In this document: positions 35,948-49,222 of the stretch, in pieces
Layout: every line of letters starts with the position of its first letter
Numbering within the stretch: position 1 is the stretch's first letter
Origin: Chiloscyllium plagiosum
Taxonomy: Eukaryota
Length of the DNA: 64,000 nucleotides
Reading direction: 5' to 3'
NCBI RefSeq assembly: GCF_004010195.1
Contig: NC_057718.1
Coordinates: 78,418,935-78,482,934 of the forward strand
Notes under the pieces: model-generated
What the model saw: the letters and a program-made list of their open reading frames with translations, nothing else
Database searches by the model: none
Told to the model about the DNA's origin: nothing
Made by a program: the position numbers and the translations under genes

Positions 35948-37264
35948 TTAATGAGATTGTGGCTGATCTGATGATCTTCAGTTCCACTTTTCTGCTTTCC
36001 CATGTAACCCTTGATTCCCTTACTGGTTAGAAATCTGACTATTCCAACCTTGAATATTTTTAACAGCTCAGCCTTGACAGCCCACTGAGCTTAAAACAAA
36101 TCCAGATTCACCTCTGACTGAGAGAAGTAGCTTCTCCTCTGATTCAAGTGGGATACCCCTTACTCTGGTCCTGGACGCTACCCTGTCAAGCCCCCTAAGA
36201 ATCTTGAATATTTAAATAAGGTAATCTCTTATTTTTCTTAACTCCAATAAGTGCAAAATCAACCTACTCAACCTCTCCTCATAAGGCAATCCCTCCATAC
36301 CCAGGATCGACCTAGTCCACCATTGCTGGACTGTCTCCAATGTCAGTGAATATATTTCCTTCAATAAGGGGACAAAGTCTGTTCACAATATGATAGATAT
36401 AGCCTGACTAGTGTCTTGCATAGTTTTAAATTACCAGGTCAAAGAACATGAGAAGAACAAGGAAATTGTAATCTGAAATTCCTGAGGTTAGAAATTTCAC
36501 TATCCAAATAGTTACATTAGAGCATGTTTGAATTGTTTATACCATTTGTAATCTTTTACTTCTGCAATGTCCTGCACTAAAGTTAAACATTATAATTTAT
36601 TTTGGGTCACAGGTTGCAACTTAGCCAAAGTAAACTTAAAATGCTTGGTTCCATCAGTCATTGATTTCTTAGATTTTCGATTTCTCCACTGAAATCTAAT
36701 AACCCAAGTTGGTACTTCAGATCTTGGGAATGTTGTAAAACACTTTTGACGTCTAAGCTGGCAGTTAGTGAGGCCATTGTCGGTAATGTTTGTTGAAAGG
36801 TCTTGATCATTATTGATGCATTGACTTAAATTCCTGTTGAATTGTGACTTGAATATTTTCAGACATTCTGGAATTGCAGGCAGAGCAATCAGATTTACCA
36901 AATTAATTTCATTATGAAAGATCCCCTTGCATCTGATCAAGAATTACATAAACAAGGACAGGATCAGTTTCAAATACGGTTTTCCTTCCCCTTTCATGGA
37001 GCAAATCTCATAATTGGGATTGAACAAGGCGATAGAAAAAGCAACAGCTCCAACATTTCTATAAAATTAATCTTCCTTGTACTGCTCTGGACCTAGAATT
37101 CAGGCATTATTAAACCAATGGCTGTAAAAGTGTCTCAGTTGAAATATAAAGATCTGTGATAGGTATAAATAGAAATTGTAATTTCTGACTTGTTTCTTTC
37201 TAAATTGCCTCACTCATCTAAAAATATATGTTGCTCAAATCACCAGTGCCGCAGTGAAAAACTG

Positions 37265-37820
37265 TAACGATCTCCTCAGAAGACAGGCACCCAATGTAAC
37301 CGATAGAGTGCTCTTTGTCCTCCAGTACTTCCCCCAGAGCTGAGTAACTACACCAGGTTCTTTGCAGCCTTCAGCATGTCATCGATGACAACTAGCATCT
37401 CATCAGGGTCATCCTTACACCGCCACTTCTCATCTTCAAGCAACTGCCAAACCTTAAACAGACCATTGTTCGCAGCAAATTACCCAGTCTTCAGGACACA
37501 CCTTGTCATGGCAACTGTTGCAAGACATGTCAGATTATTGACATGGATACTACCACCACATGTGGGAGCATCATTCACCACATGCATGGCAGATACGCAT
37601 GTGACGTGGCCACTGGTGTCGACCTTCTATGCTGCAGGCCAGGATGCCCTGAGGCATGGTGTATTGATGAGACTATGCAGATGCTATGACAATGGATGAA
37701 TGGACATGCAACAATCTCCATACCTTTCCAGTGGAGGAACTTCAGTGATCAAGGACATTCAGCTTTTGATCAAGAAAGCGTCCTTCAGGCAGATTTCAAG
37801 ATTCACAACAGCGCAGAGTG
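37265..37820 (+). mobile_element. Penelope-like (Neptune-type) element relic: linker, Cys-rich motif and GIY-YIG endonuclease
   Basis: One frame reads TDRVLFVLQYFP...PPLLIFKQLPNLKQTIVRSKLP...PCHGNCCKTC...GRYACD...DLLCCRPGCPEAWCIDETMQML*QWMNGH, a decayed VYLIxC...YIGETxQxLRxRMNGH. Contains in-frame stops. Confidence 0.8.
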
Positions 37821-38179
37821 GCCGTATCGCGGTGGTCTTGTTTAACCACAATATGATGCCCCATGCCTATGGTTAGCAATGTAACCATAAAGTTAATGTG
37901 GATGGTCTATTTCAATTTCTGGTCAATGGTAACCACCAGGCTATTGTTCTTAGGAGATTTAGTAATAGCATTGCCATTCCTGTTTGCAGTGGGATTGGAG
38001 AGGGCCGGGGGGGCAGCTGGGAAGGTAAATTAATCCTATACAAATTTACTTCGTGAATAGGCGGAGTGCACGCTGAGCAGGAGCGGACATGGGATGGCCG
38101 AGTAAATGAGGTTATGTATTTGGGCAGTTCCTTTACACGAAACGCTACTTAGAGGGTGGATGGGAGACACTACCTATGT

Positions 38180-38900
38180 TCTATTGAATATCAAGGAGCA
38201 ATGATTAAATAGCTATTTGTTGGCAATTGTCATTAGCTGGTAATTGTGTGGCACAAATATTACTAGACAAGTATCAGCTAAAGCCTGGATGTTGCTCAGG
38301 CCTTATTCCATGTGGACACAAGCTGCTTCAGTATCTGAGGTATCGAAAATAATGCTGAACATTGGTGCAATCATCAATAAACATTCCCACTCTCGACCAT
38401 GTAATGGAGGGAAGTCATCGATGAAGCAGCGGAAAATGGTTGGGTGTAAGACACAACTCTGAAGAACTCCTGCAGAAATGTTCTGGACCAGAGGTAACTG
38501 ACCTCCAACATTTTTGTTTGTGCCAGAAATGATTCAGTCCAGAGAGAAATTTTGTCCTGAATCCCATTGACTGTGTTTAGTAGCGGTCCCTGATGAAATC
38601 TTGATCAAACGTTGCGTTGAGCTCACAACGAGAGTTCAGCTTTTTTGTTCATAGTTAGGCTAAAGCAGTAATATGTTCAGGAGTGGAGTGGACCTGGCAG
38701 ACACCAAACTGAATATCAGTGACAAGGTTACTCATTTGCAAGTGCCATTTGATAGATCAGCAAATAAAATTTTCCATCACTTTGATATGATCAAAAAATG
38801 ATTGATTTATTGGTAATTGGCCAGGTTAGATTTGTCCTGCTTTTTATGCATTGATCATACTTTCCTACTTGTCAGGCTGGTGCCAATGTTGTAAGCTTTA
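38180..38900 (-). mobile_element. Decayed CR1/L2-group LINE RT fragment of a second family; probable 3' pieces at about 28690-29470
   Basis: Minus strand about 38365-38480 gives ISAGVLQSCVLHPTIFRCFIDDF...GMFIDDCT, a decayed GVPQGSVLGPxxFxxFINDL...MFADD. Confidence 0.6.
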
Positions 38901-41900
38901 ATGTTAGTTTAGGATCACTTAAGTGGAACCTTATTGAATACCTGTTGCAACTTTTATATAAATCCTACACACGATAAATTAGGAAACTGGTCCATACACA
39001 TTCCTCTGCCACTACTTAATAGCTCAAAAAAATTAATTAGGTTCGTTAAAGTTCTGGAGAAGAATCATACTAGATTTAACATGTTAATTCTGTTTTTCTC
39101 CCCAGAGATGCTGCCAGACCTGTGCAGCTCCCCTAGCATTCTCTGTGGTTTGTTTCAGATTCCCAGCATCTGCAGTATATTGCTTCCCTTGGAACTTACC
39201 TGTCAAATCTATGATTTGTTTCCCTAATCAACTTACTTTCTAAGTGCTCATTCAATATGTCTTTATAAATCTAATAACTTGTTGACCCAGATGTCAGTTT
39301 TGCCCAAAATGTCTCCCATTCTGCCCTAATTTTAAAGCTTAAAGATTGCCATAACCACAAACCGATGTTTTTGCTAGCTTTTTTTAAGTAGGAATCAGAC
39401 CTCAAAGATTAGTTAGGTCAGACCACCATTCCTCAAAGAATGAGGGTATGAGGATCCTGGGGCATTCATGCTCCATGCCGAGAGCTCCACAGCAGTCATT
39501 ACAGCTCACAACATAGACAACCTTGGACTGTATTGGCTGGCACATCTGAAGAAAGCAATTTCTTCATTGCCTTCTGAAATGCTATGATCACTTTATATTG
39601 GAAAGCCACTATTGACCTCGTCTCAAAGGACTTTTTAAAGATTGTAGCCAAATTTAGAATTCATTTCCCAGGGAATTGATAATTCCTAGGAATTGCAGAA
39701 TGTCATTGATACTCTGTGGCTGTGGACATTTATTATTGCTCTTGTTTTAGCCTAAAGGAGAGCTCCTATAATTTATGCACTTCTCATTCAATGTGAGACT
39801 TGTTTTCTGTAACAGCAAAAGAAATAGTGACCATGTTCTTGTTATAGCATCCATAAGTATGACATCAAAAGACAAATTACTCCTTTTTCCCTTCTAAGGG
39901 AGATGTTGCATGTTGAAATATATTTGGTGCTAGTGATATATCAAAGTGATTAAAGCAAAATCACCCAAATGGTGTCAAGAAGGTGGTTAACAACATTGAC
40001 TCATAGTCTGATGGTATTTGCCAAAATCTGTTAGCATCTAATTTTGTGAAAAATATGCTATTAGTGACTCTTGCCAGATTATCATCACTGAGGACAATAG
40101 CCTTCTTACTGGATTACTTTGTTTGATGATATAATATTTCAATATAGCTTGAGTTCTCCATTTGGCTTGGGAACACATTACATAGTTGGCATTGTGACAA
40201 AAGTGATATCACTCCACTGTGCAGCATACTGTCAATCTCAGCTTTAGCTTTCTCTAGCAATGGTAATTGTAGTCTTCCTGGAGACATTGGCTTGGCTTCC
40301 AGAAGTAATGTAATGTGATATTGTTCCTTGAGCTATCCGAGACCTTTTGGAATCCTTGCCAAAATTCCATCCCATTATCCTCCTGTAATACAGCAACCCT
40401 CTTAGCATAAAACATAATTGCATACATGCTACTTTAAAAAGATGTTGCTTGGTTCTTTAAGGTACAGTCAGCTCTTCCATCACACAATGGTAACACGATA
40501 GCACCCGCACGATAGCACGATAGAAAAATCATGCTTTAGAAACAACACTTCGTGTTGGTGACTTAAAAGTTCATGCTTTACAAATAGCCTCCCCAATTCG
40601 TCAATCGCGTTACAGAGAATTTGTGGTGAGGAAATACATGCTATTAGTCAGAGGGAAATGGGCCTGGGTGCGTTACTCTTCGGAGAGTCAGTGTGGACTG
40701 GTTGGGCTGAAGGGCATATTTCCATACTGTAGGGAATCTGGGGAAAAAAGCAGTGACTTGCACAGCATCTTGTTGATTTCTCATCCCCTTGTGGCTAAGC
40801 ATAGTAGTGAACTGATCTTATACTTCCTCATTAGACAAGGGCAGAAAATACCATTGCAGATTTCCAGTCCATCCTATGAGTCTAACCTCAATAAAACTGA
40901 AGCAATTTAATTGTAATCCAAGGGATCTTGAGTATGATCTAGTGATTATGGCCGTTAATTGGCTGGGGCTGCCAAGCCCAATGCTGACACATCAATACCC
41001 AATCTGTTGTGTAAATCTGAAGAACTGTTGATCAAAATTCCTGTTCACATCTCCAATACCAGCAAAATCAATCCACAACTACTAATGCCTTAATTGCAAT
41101 AAAGAGCTTCAAGGCTCTTCACCAGACTACTATCAATTACCAAAATGACTCCAAGTCTCACAAGGAGACAATGGGGCAGACAATTAAGATATTGGTGAGA
41201 GATATGTCTCAAAGGGTGTTTTAAAGAAGGAGGGAGAGAGAGAGAGAATTCCTGAGTTCAGGGCCTAGGCAGTTGATAGCTTGGCTAACAAGAAATTAAA
41301 ATTGTAGATGTGCAAGAGGCTAGTATTTATAAGACACATCTAGGAAGTTAAACTAGAAGTTTGTGGAATGGAGAAAAGGATGAAGCCATGCAGGAAATTA
41401 AAAACCAAGGGATGAAGATGTTAAAATTAAGACACTGCTCAACAGGAGATGGCATGTCAAATGGCACAGTGATAATGGGGGAATGGAGCTTTGTATAAGA
41501 TAGAACATGAGCAACAGTGTTTTGGATGAGTTTGATTTACAGGGTGTGGAAGATGGGAGCCTGGCCAGGCATGCCTTAGAATTGTGAAGTTTAGATTTAC
41601 AGCGACATGACTGAATGTTTCAGCAGCAGATAAGCAGAGACAGGAACAGTCCGATGATTCAGACATGGAGATAGACAATTTTAATGATTCCATGGAAGTG
41701 TACTTGAAAGCTCAACTCAGATGAAATATGATAGCAATGTTGTGAACTGTCATCAATCTTAAATTGAGAGGTATGGAAATCGGTGGCTAGGAAATCGAGT
41801 TTATAGTGGTAACCAAAAACAACAGTTTTGAATTCTCAATATTTTATAGAAGGATAACTCTGCTCATACCGTGCTGAACATCAGATGAGCAGTTCAGACA

Positions 41901-43929
41901 ATGTAGAATTGGTAGAAGGGTTAAGAGCAGCAGGGATGAAGTTGGGTGTCATTAATGTACATATGGAAATTAATGTTGCAATTTCACATCTTGCAAATAA
42001 GAAACAGGATGGAGTCGAGAATAGATTTGTGGGGAGACACCAATGATAAGAGCTTCTCTACATAAATCTTTGCAAAGATAAGCATGTGCCTAAGTGAATG
42101 CAGTGCCACCATTTGGATTATAGAGCATGTGTTTAGATGAGAATGTTTTAGATAACTGTAATAAAAGGCTGCAGACAAATAGGACAGCATCTTTCCAGGT
42201 ATTGGCAAGATGGTTGAGAAAATCATGAGATAGCTAGTGAGGAGCTTTTTTTATACCGACAGCAAAAAACTCCATATTCCCACCAGGTGGTGAATGGCAA
42301 GATGTGACTCTCAGCAGTGAACACTGAGAGATCTATTTTCATGCATTAACATCTCGTTACTATCAGACCTAAGTTTTATGCAGTTTGTCATTCTTCTGCC
42401 TGGTAGCAAGAACCTAGACAGTGGCATTTCCCAATATAAAAGTCAAAGTGGTTGCTTGGCACCTCCAGCTTGTCCCTTGCTCTGCTGAGTCACTATTTTG
42501 GACACTAGTCACCAACATCTCAGGGCTTGCTCCAGAGGCAGCAACTGCTGATACCTCTTGTCCATTGGACACATACCAGCCTCACTGCACCTATTTGGCA
42601 TATTTCCGATGCACTTGCAACACGGTTCTGTGTTATGGAGTGCACTTTGGAGCACACCGGCCCCTTTAATTGGAATGATATTGCAGGGACAAACGTGCTA
42701 CGGGACAAGCACTGAATTCAGCCTGGATATGGATCTGGCTGCACCTTGATTTCTTAGTGCTCATGCAGATCAAAGTGGTGAGCGGAAATGTTTGGAATCT
42801 CAGTGCTGATGGATTCGACAGAGTGCCAGGAAGAACTGAATATGGAGATTTGGGGAGGGCACCTTAAATAACAAGCTGAGCCTGTGTCTAACTGAGCCGT
42901 CCATGACCTTGCATTTCCTTCCATATTCTACGACTTATAAATGTACACTGGAAATAGAAAATGACTGGGACCACACCTGAAGTAGGCAGAATTAATTTTT
43001 CTTTGAAGTCACTTAGCGAGGTGAGTCATAGTCTTTCCTGAGGGTCAGTGAAATAAAGATCAAATGGCTATCAAAGATCACTGCTGTGACAGGGAGGTAG
43101 GGAATTGGAGGCAGCATGCAGGAATATAGAGGGGGTAATAAATGTGAAGGGTGAACCTCAACAAATGAATGATGTGAGACACTTCAAGAGTAAGTGTATT
43201 AATCAACATTGAAGAGTCTGTGATTATCGCATGTGCATGTGAAATGCATGCAGTTTCTAATTGCATAGAATATAAATCCTTGTCACAAGCAATCTTGATC
43301 ATGGCACTGGTTACTGCTGATTTAAAATTGGTCATCTCTATAAAACAAAAATAATCACAGGTGACCTTAACAGTGGCATTTGCAGGCCACAAAGCTCAAT
43401 ACTACAAGATCTCAGAGGCTGCACAGGGGCACAGTACTGATTTCCTTATGAATTGTAAGCATTCAACAACATGCTCTTATGTGCAATGATACCATAAGTC
43501 TCCACACTTATACAACACTTGAAATCTGCTACTGTCTCTTTACGACAGATGCTGCTTTCATTGGTATAAAGAACTTTTGTCAAAGATCTATGTAGAGGCA
43601 TTCCATGGTCCTCCATGTCGGAGTCCTCCATATCCCACTATATGAATGACTAAGCTAAATTGTCATTTGTGAGTGATGCTTACATTACTAAGGAATTATT
43701 CTGTTTCTTATACTGCCCACACATGTTCATTGGAAATGTGACCAATGGATCTAGACCCTGCAGGAGATATCATCACTGTTGCTATTGTGAAGGCCCAGGG
43801 AGGTGGAGAAACAGATGCACCAGCAATCCCAAGACTAGCAATAACTTCCAGTAAATGCCAATCAGGCTCCATATGAAGAGGTCTCAGCTGAAGGTCCCTT
43901 CACAATGTGTAAAAGGTTCAAGAGTCCCA

Positions 43930-44185
43930 GAGTCTATTTTTCTCAATGCCATTTCCTCCAGATGAGTGAGGTGCCACATCACCACATACTAAGGATGTCC
44001 CAGGGCACTGACACAGAACTGTGCCAACTGCTGGAGGGGGATGATTGACATGAAGGAATGGGCAGCCACGCTATCCCATCAAGGTGACAGATACATTAAA
44101 CGTTCATGCAATGTTTCCAGGAAGTCACCGAGGACCTGTGTGAGATATCTCAATCCTCAACCCACAAATGTATGAAATTTGTTCC
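43930..44185 (+). mobile_element. PIF/Harbinger transposase relic
   Basis: KVTDTLNVHA / FQEVTEDLCEISQSSTHKCMKFV resembles the HARBI1-type HTH segment (ALxFxAxGxFQxxxGDLCGISQxSAxxCI). Frameshifted. Confidence 0.55.
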
Positions 44186-45741
44186 TGATCACACCACGTC
44201 ATCTTGTTTCTTAGTGATGAGGTTATGTAGGAACACAGGAACAGCAGTAAGTCATTCAATCTCAAGCCTATTGCACCATTTAATGAGTTCAAGGCTGATC
44301 TGTGGCCTAACTCCCTATGTCTGTCGTTTGTCCAAATCCCGTTATAACTTTGTTAACAAAGAATTATCTATCTCAAATTAACTAACAACTGATATAGCAT
44401 CAACTACCCTTTGTATGTAAAAGTGCCTCCAAACATCTCTTCTGAAAGGTCTCGCCCTAATTTGAGACAATGTTCCCTAGTTAAAGAATCTCCAGTCAAT
44501 GGAAATGGTTTATCTTTCTTGTTAATATCTTGAAGACTTTGGTCAGATCACCTCTTAACCTTCTAAATTCTGGAGAAAACAGGCCTAAATTCTATAATCA
44601 CTCCTCATAACCCTTAAATTCCAGGTGTCACTCTTATAAACCTACAATGTACTCACTCCAGGGTCAATATATCTTTCCTAAAGTATAGTGGCCAGATCTG
44701 CTCATTGTACTCCAAGTGAGGTCTAACCAGGATTTTGTACGACTTTTCCAATTCTCATAGGGGGGTATTAGAGATTAGAGCTACAACTGGAGTTGTGGCC
44801 TTTGTCAACAATGTTGGTTTCTTCCAGGTGCAAGGGCAATCGACTTTGAGAGAGCCACTTTGGCAGACGTCTTCAATGGAAAAGGATTCTATTAGTTCAA
44901 TGTACAGTCACCTGTGATCATCAGCACCACATCTTAGAGTTCTGTACCAAATACCCTCGAAGCTATCTTTTTGCCTATATCCTTAATAACTTTTGTTCCT
45001 CCTTCCTGTATATAATGGTCTGACATTGAATGATGAGAAAATGTTGGGCTACATGAAGTAAGATGTAATGAGACTAAGAATGGGTAAGCTGTGTGGCTTG
45101 TTTCTTAATTAACAACAGTTGTACTAATGCACTAATATAATGTACAATGAGGTGTCAGCCATGCCACCTTTTGCACTGTGAAGCATTTATTTCTGGTTGA
45201 CCTCTGATTATTTTCAAGGTTAAGGGCAGCTTCAGACTACCAATGCTTGAATTGGGGCACTGTGGGTTTTAAAGATAGTACCAGCTCAAAGACTGTGATG
45301 AATACTTCCACCTACAATGAGTGGGAGATAAGAATGAGCAGGTGCCATGGAGGCATGATGCGTAGGTATGAGGATAGCATAAGGAAATTCACCAGGCCTC
45401 ATGGAGAGAAAGTCTTCGTGAAACTTGTCAAAACTGACCCTTGGCTGATTTTTGATAAAATTATATCTATAGAGAAGCAGAATAATAATTTACATTCACA
45501 ATCACATACTATTACCCTTTTATTTTGCATCAGCTAAAAAGCTTTTGTTTTGTTGGTGCTGCTACATTTTATCTTATTTCTGTATGCAGTTTCTCAGGAA
45601 ACATGAAGGTGTTTGTAAAACAGTCATAAATATGATAGGTGAGTGACAATCTATCCAAGTTATTTGGGTTCTATGATAAAATCAGATTACTTTGCTTTAT
45701 TACCTCCAATGGCACTGCAAACCCAATGCAATGTAGTGGAA

Positions 45742-45861
45742 GGTGAAAAGTGTGGTACTGGGAAAGCACAGCAGGTCAGGCAACATCCAAAGAGCAGGAC
45801 AGTCGACATTTGGGCATAAGCCCATCATCCAGCATCTGCAGTCCTCACTTTCTCTCAATCA
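45742..45861. mobile_element. Family-A internally deleted copy
   Basis: Contains GAAAGCACAGCAGGTCAGGCAACATCC...CCAGCATCTGCAGTCC. Flanked by CAATGT(A/G)GTGGAA at 45729-45741 and 45862-45874. Confidence 0.7.
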
Positions 45862-46139
45862 CAATGTGGTGGAAAGTGGGTCTGTGGGAATGTGTAATAT
45901 ACTTTTTACTTCAACTTTTTTCTTCAGAGAGGTAAGGAGCTTTCATATGCAAAAAAAAAATTCATGTTTTTTCACTAATCAGTACACATGTTGAAATTAC
46001 TTACAATATTTCCACAAGTTGCTTTGAATCTCATTAACTGATGTATGGGCAGCTCAAAAATAATACATTTTTTGAAAAAAATCATTAAAGCATAGGACTT
46101 TGAGTTGTGTATTAAACTTGAAGTTTTGAAAAGTGGTTA

Positions 46140-46261
46140 CCAATAGTAGTTTGTAATTGCTCTGAGTAATTCAGCGTCACGTTTCATTTGTTCATTCATT
46201 TACTAAATTGGCTAACTCTTCAGTTTACACAGTTGATTGGTAGACCAAGATTTCACATTGG
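46140..46261. promoter_or_regulatory. Candidate proximal promoter of the SLC22 gene
   Basis: CCAAT at 46140, ATTGG at 46207, 46236 and 46257, and a CGTCA half-CRE at 46175, all within about 220 nt upstream of the ATG. Confidence 0.3.
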
Positions 46262-46356
46262 TTTGTTGGGATACACTACTGCAGGTCTTGTGCAAGCAGG
46301 ACATTCAGTCACTGTCAATTTGCTTTTTTCACTTATTGTTGAACAGATACATCATA

Positions 46357-46767
46357 ATGTTGACTTTTGATGATGTTTTGGAAGAAGTAGGAGGATTTGG
46401 ATTATATCAGAAGATCACATTCTTTTTTGTATGCCTGACCTCAGCGGCGTTCGCCTATCTCTATGTTGGATTTGTTTTTTTAGCAGTTACTCCTGACCAT
46501 TGGTGCAGGAGTCCTGGGGTGACTGAGCTGAGAGATAAATGCAACTGGTCTCTGGAACAGGAGAAGAATTATACGTTACCTGTGGGGCAATCTGGCAGCT
46601 CCTCATACAGTCAGTGTGAGACATACGATATTGACTGGAACTCTTCTTCAGGCAGCTGTGAAAATCCACTGCTTTTTGTCCAGAATGGATCCCAAGATCT
46701 ACCACGTACAACTTGCCAGGACGGGTGGGTTTTTGAAAATGGCTCCATCTCCAGTATTGTGACGGAG
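46357..46767 (+). CDS. SLC22 organic cation transporter (OCT1/OCT2-like) coding exon 1: TM1 plus large extracellular loop
   Basis: ataATGt start. Reads MLTFDDVLEEVGGFGLYQK...VGFVFLAVTPDHWCRSPGVTELRDKCNWSLEQEKNYTLP...QCETYDIDWN...CENPL...CQDGWVF...SSIVTE, 137 codons, then GTATGT donor (phase 0). Six loop cysteines and the exon end match the OCT subfamily. The paralogue (SLC22A1/2/3) cannot be resolved by eye. Confidence 0.93.
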
Positions 46768-47067
46768 GTATGTTTTAATTTTAGTTAGAAACATTAATTC
46801 CAATTATGTTGTTAATATTGCATGCTGCTAACTTAATATGTCAACTCTTGCTAATGATACACAGTTGTTAAAACATCAGTGTCCAAATTGCAATCATGAG
46901 AGTTTGCTATGCTCTAAATGCTGGAACTCCCTCCCAAAATCTCTGTTGTTTCATTTTTCTCTCCTGCTTCTATGGCACCACTTAAAATCCCCATCTTTCA
47001 ATCGTAGTATCTTCTAATGGGGTTGGGAGCCAATTTTTTTTGTCTGTTTAAACTCTGCTTTGGCACC

Positions 47068-47288
47068 ACAGTCAGTTCTGCCATAACGCAATAGTTCCGT
47101 TCTCATACAATCCCGTGTTATACAAAAATTGCGTATTAGCAGCGCCATTTAGACTAATGGACCGAAATCGCTTTATAACCAGTACATGCTTTAAAAGTTC
47201 ACTCTATAGAAACAGTGTCCCCGAATCCGTCAATCACATTATAACAAATTTCCATTAACAAAACACGCATTACAGCTGAATGATCTGT
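47068..47288 (+). mobile_element. Tc1/mariner (Tigger/pogo-like) MITE; related copies at about 9655-9868 (-) and 40463-40625 (+)
   Basis: Imperfect TIRs CAGTCAGTTCTGCCATAACGC ... GCATTACAGCTGAATGATCTG followed by TA. Internal sequence is shared among the three copies. Confidence 0.55.
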
Positions 47289-47627
47289 ATTTACTGTAAT
47301 AAACAATTTGCATACTGGAATTAATGTCAGTAATTAAAGTTACACTGCACTGAGTCCTGTTGTGAAATGGGCTTTCAACTCACCGCCTTTTGACTCAGAT
47401 GAGTGAAATCACTTCACTTTGACACATTTAAAGCTATTTATAAGTGAATGTGCACATGGCTATTTGAAACATTCATGAATTTCTACCTATGTGCTAACAG
47501 TTAAATTCATATTAAAACTTGTGCGGCTATACTAAGTGGAATTGAATTTGAAATCAATTCCTTCACAGCATTAGGAATCCGTTTCATAGGCTGTAAGCAT
47601 GCCTTTTGTTTTTAATCTGCATTTAGA

Positions 47628-49222
47628 GTCATAGAGTCATAGAGATGTACAGCATGAAAACAGACCCTTTGGTCCAACCCGTCCATGCCAACGAGATACC
47701 CCAACCCAATCTAGTCCCACCTGCCAGCACCTGGCCCATATCCCTCCCAACCTTTCCTATTCATATACCCATCCAAATGCCTCTTAAATGTTGCAATTGT
47801 ACCAGCCTCCACCACATCCTCTGGCAGCTCATTCCATACACATACCACTCTCTGCGTGGAAAAGTTGCCCCTGAGGTCTCTTTTATATCTTTTCCCCCCT
47901 CATTCTAAACCTATGCCCTCTAGTTCTGGACTCCCCAACCCCAGGGAAAAGACTTTGTCTATTTACCCTATCCATGCCCCTCATAATTTTGTAAACCTCT
48001 ATAAGGTCACCTCTCAGCCTCCGATGCTCCAAGGANNNNNNNNNNNNNNNNNNNNNNNNNNNNNNNNNNNNNNNNNNNNNNNNNNNNNNNNNNNNNNNNN
48101 NNNNNNNNNNNNNNNNNNNNNNNNNNNNNNNNNNNNNNNNNNNNNNNNNNNNNNNNNNNNNNNNNNNNNNNNNNNNNNNNNNNNNNNNNNNNNNNNNNNN
48201 NNNNNNNNNNNNNNNNNNNNNNNNNNNNNNNNNNNNNNNNNNNNNNNNNNNNNNNNNNNNNNNNNNNNNNNNNNNNNNNNNNNNNNNNNNNNNNNNNNNN
48301 NNNNNNNNNNNNNNNNNNNNNNNNNNNNNNNNNNNNNNNNNNNNNNNNNNNNNNNNNNNNNNNNNNNNNNNNNNNNNNNNNNNNNNNNNNNNNNNNNNNN
48401 NNNNNNNNNNNNNNNNNNNNNNNNNNNNNNNNNNNNNNNNNNNNNNNNNNNNNNNNNNNNNNNNNNNNNNNNNNNNNNNNNNNNNNNNNNNNNNNNNNNN
48501 NNNNNNNNNNNNNNNNNNNNNNNNNNNNNNNNNNNNNNNNNNNNNNNNNNNNNNNNNNNNNNNNNNNNNNNNNNNNNNNNNNNNNNNNNNNNNNNNNNNN
48601 NNNNNNNNNNNNNNNNNNNNNNNNNNNNNNNNNNNNNNNNNNNNNNNNNNNNNNNNNNNNNNNNNNNNNNNNNNNNNNNNNNNNNNNNNNNNNNNNNNNN
48701 NNNNNNNNNNNNNNNNNNNNNNNNNNNNNNNNNNNNNNNNNNNNNNNNNNNNNNNNNNNNNNNNNNNNNNNNNNNNNNNNNNNNNNNNNNNNNNNNNNNN
48801 NNNNNNNNNNNNNNNNNNNNNNNNNNNNNNNNNNNNNNNNNNNNNNNNCCAACAACTTGCCCACCACCGGGGTCAGGCTCACCGGTCTATAGTTCCCTGG
48901 CTTGTCTTTACTGCCCTTCTTAAACAGTTGTTCCATATTTGCCAGCCTCCAGTCTTCCAGCACCTCACCTGTGACTATCGATGATACAAATATCTCAGCA
49001 AGAGGCCCAGCAATCACTTCTCTAGCTTCCCATAGAGTTCTCGGGTACACCTGATCAGGTCCTGGGGATTTATCCACTTTTAACCGTTTCAAGACATCCA
49101 GCACTTCCTCCTCTGTAATCTGGACATTTTGCAAGATGTCACCATCTATTTCCCGACAGTCTATATCTTCCATATCCTTTTCCACAGTAAATACTGATGC
49201 AAAATATTCATTTAGTATCTCA
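47628..49222 (-). mobile_element. Young CR1 LINE spanning the assembly gap, in SLC22 intron 1
   Basis: Right of the gap reads KSPGPDQVYPRTL...LFKKGSKDKPGNYRPVSLT. Left of the gap is a CR1 3' UTR with a (TATGACTC) tail in the same orientation. Confidence 0.9.
48036..48848. other. Assembly gap (813 N)
   Basis: Run of N, flanked on both sides by the same CR1 copy. Confidence 1.

Noticed and set aside
46237..46356. N-terminal extension of the SLC22 ORF shown in the track
   Set aside because: It starts at a non-ATG codon, and OCT homology begins at MLTFDD (46357).
47856..49185. 355-aa and 392-aa ORFs in the track
   Set aside because: They are artefacts of reading through 813 N. The real sequence on either side is CR1.
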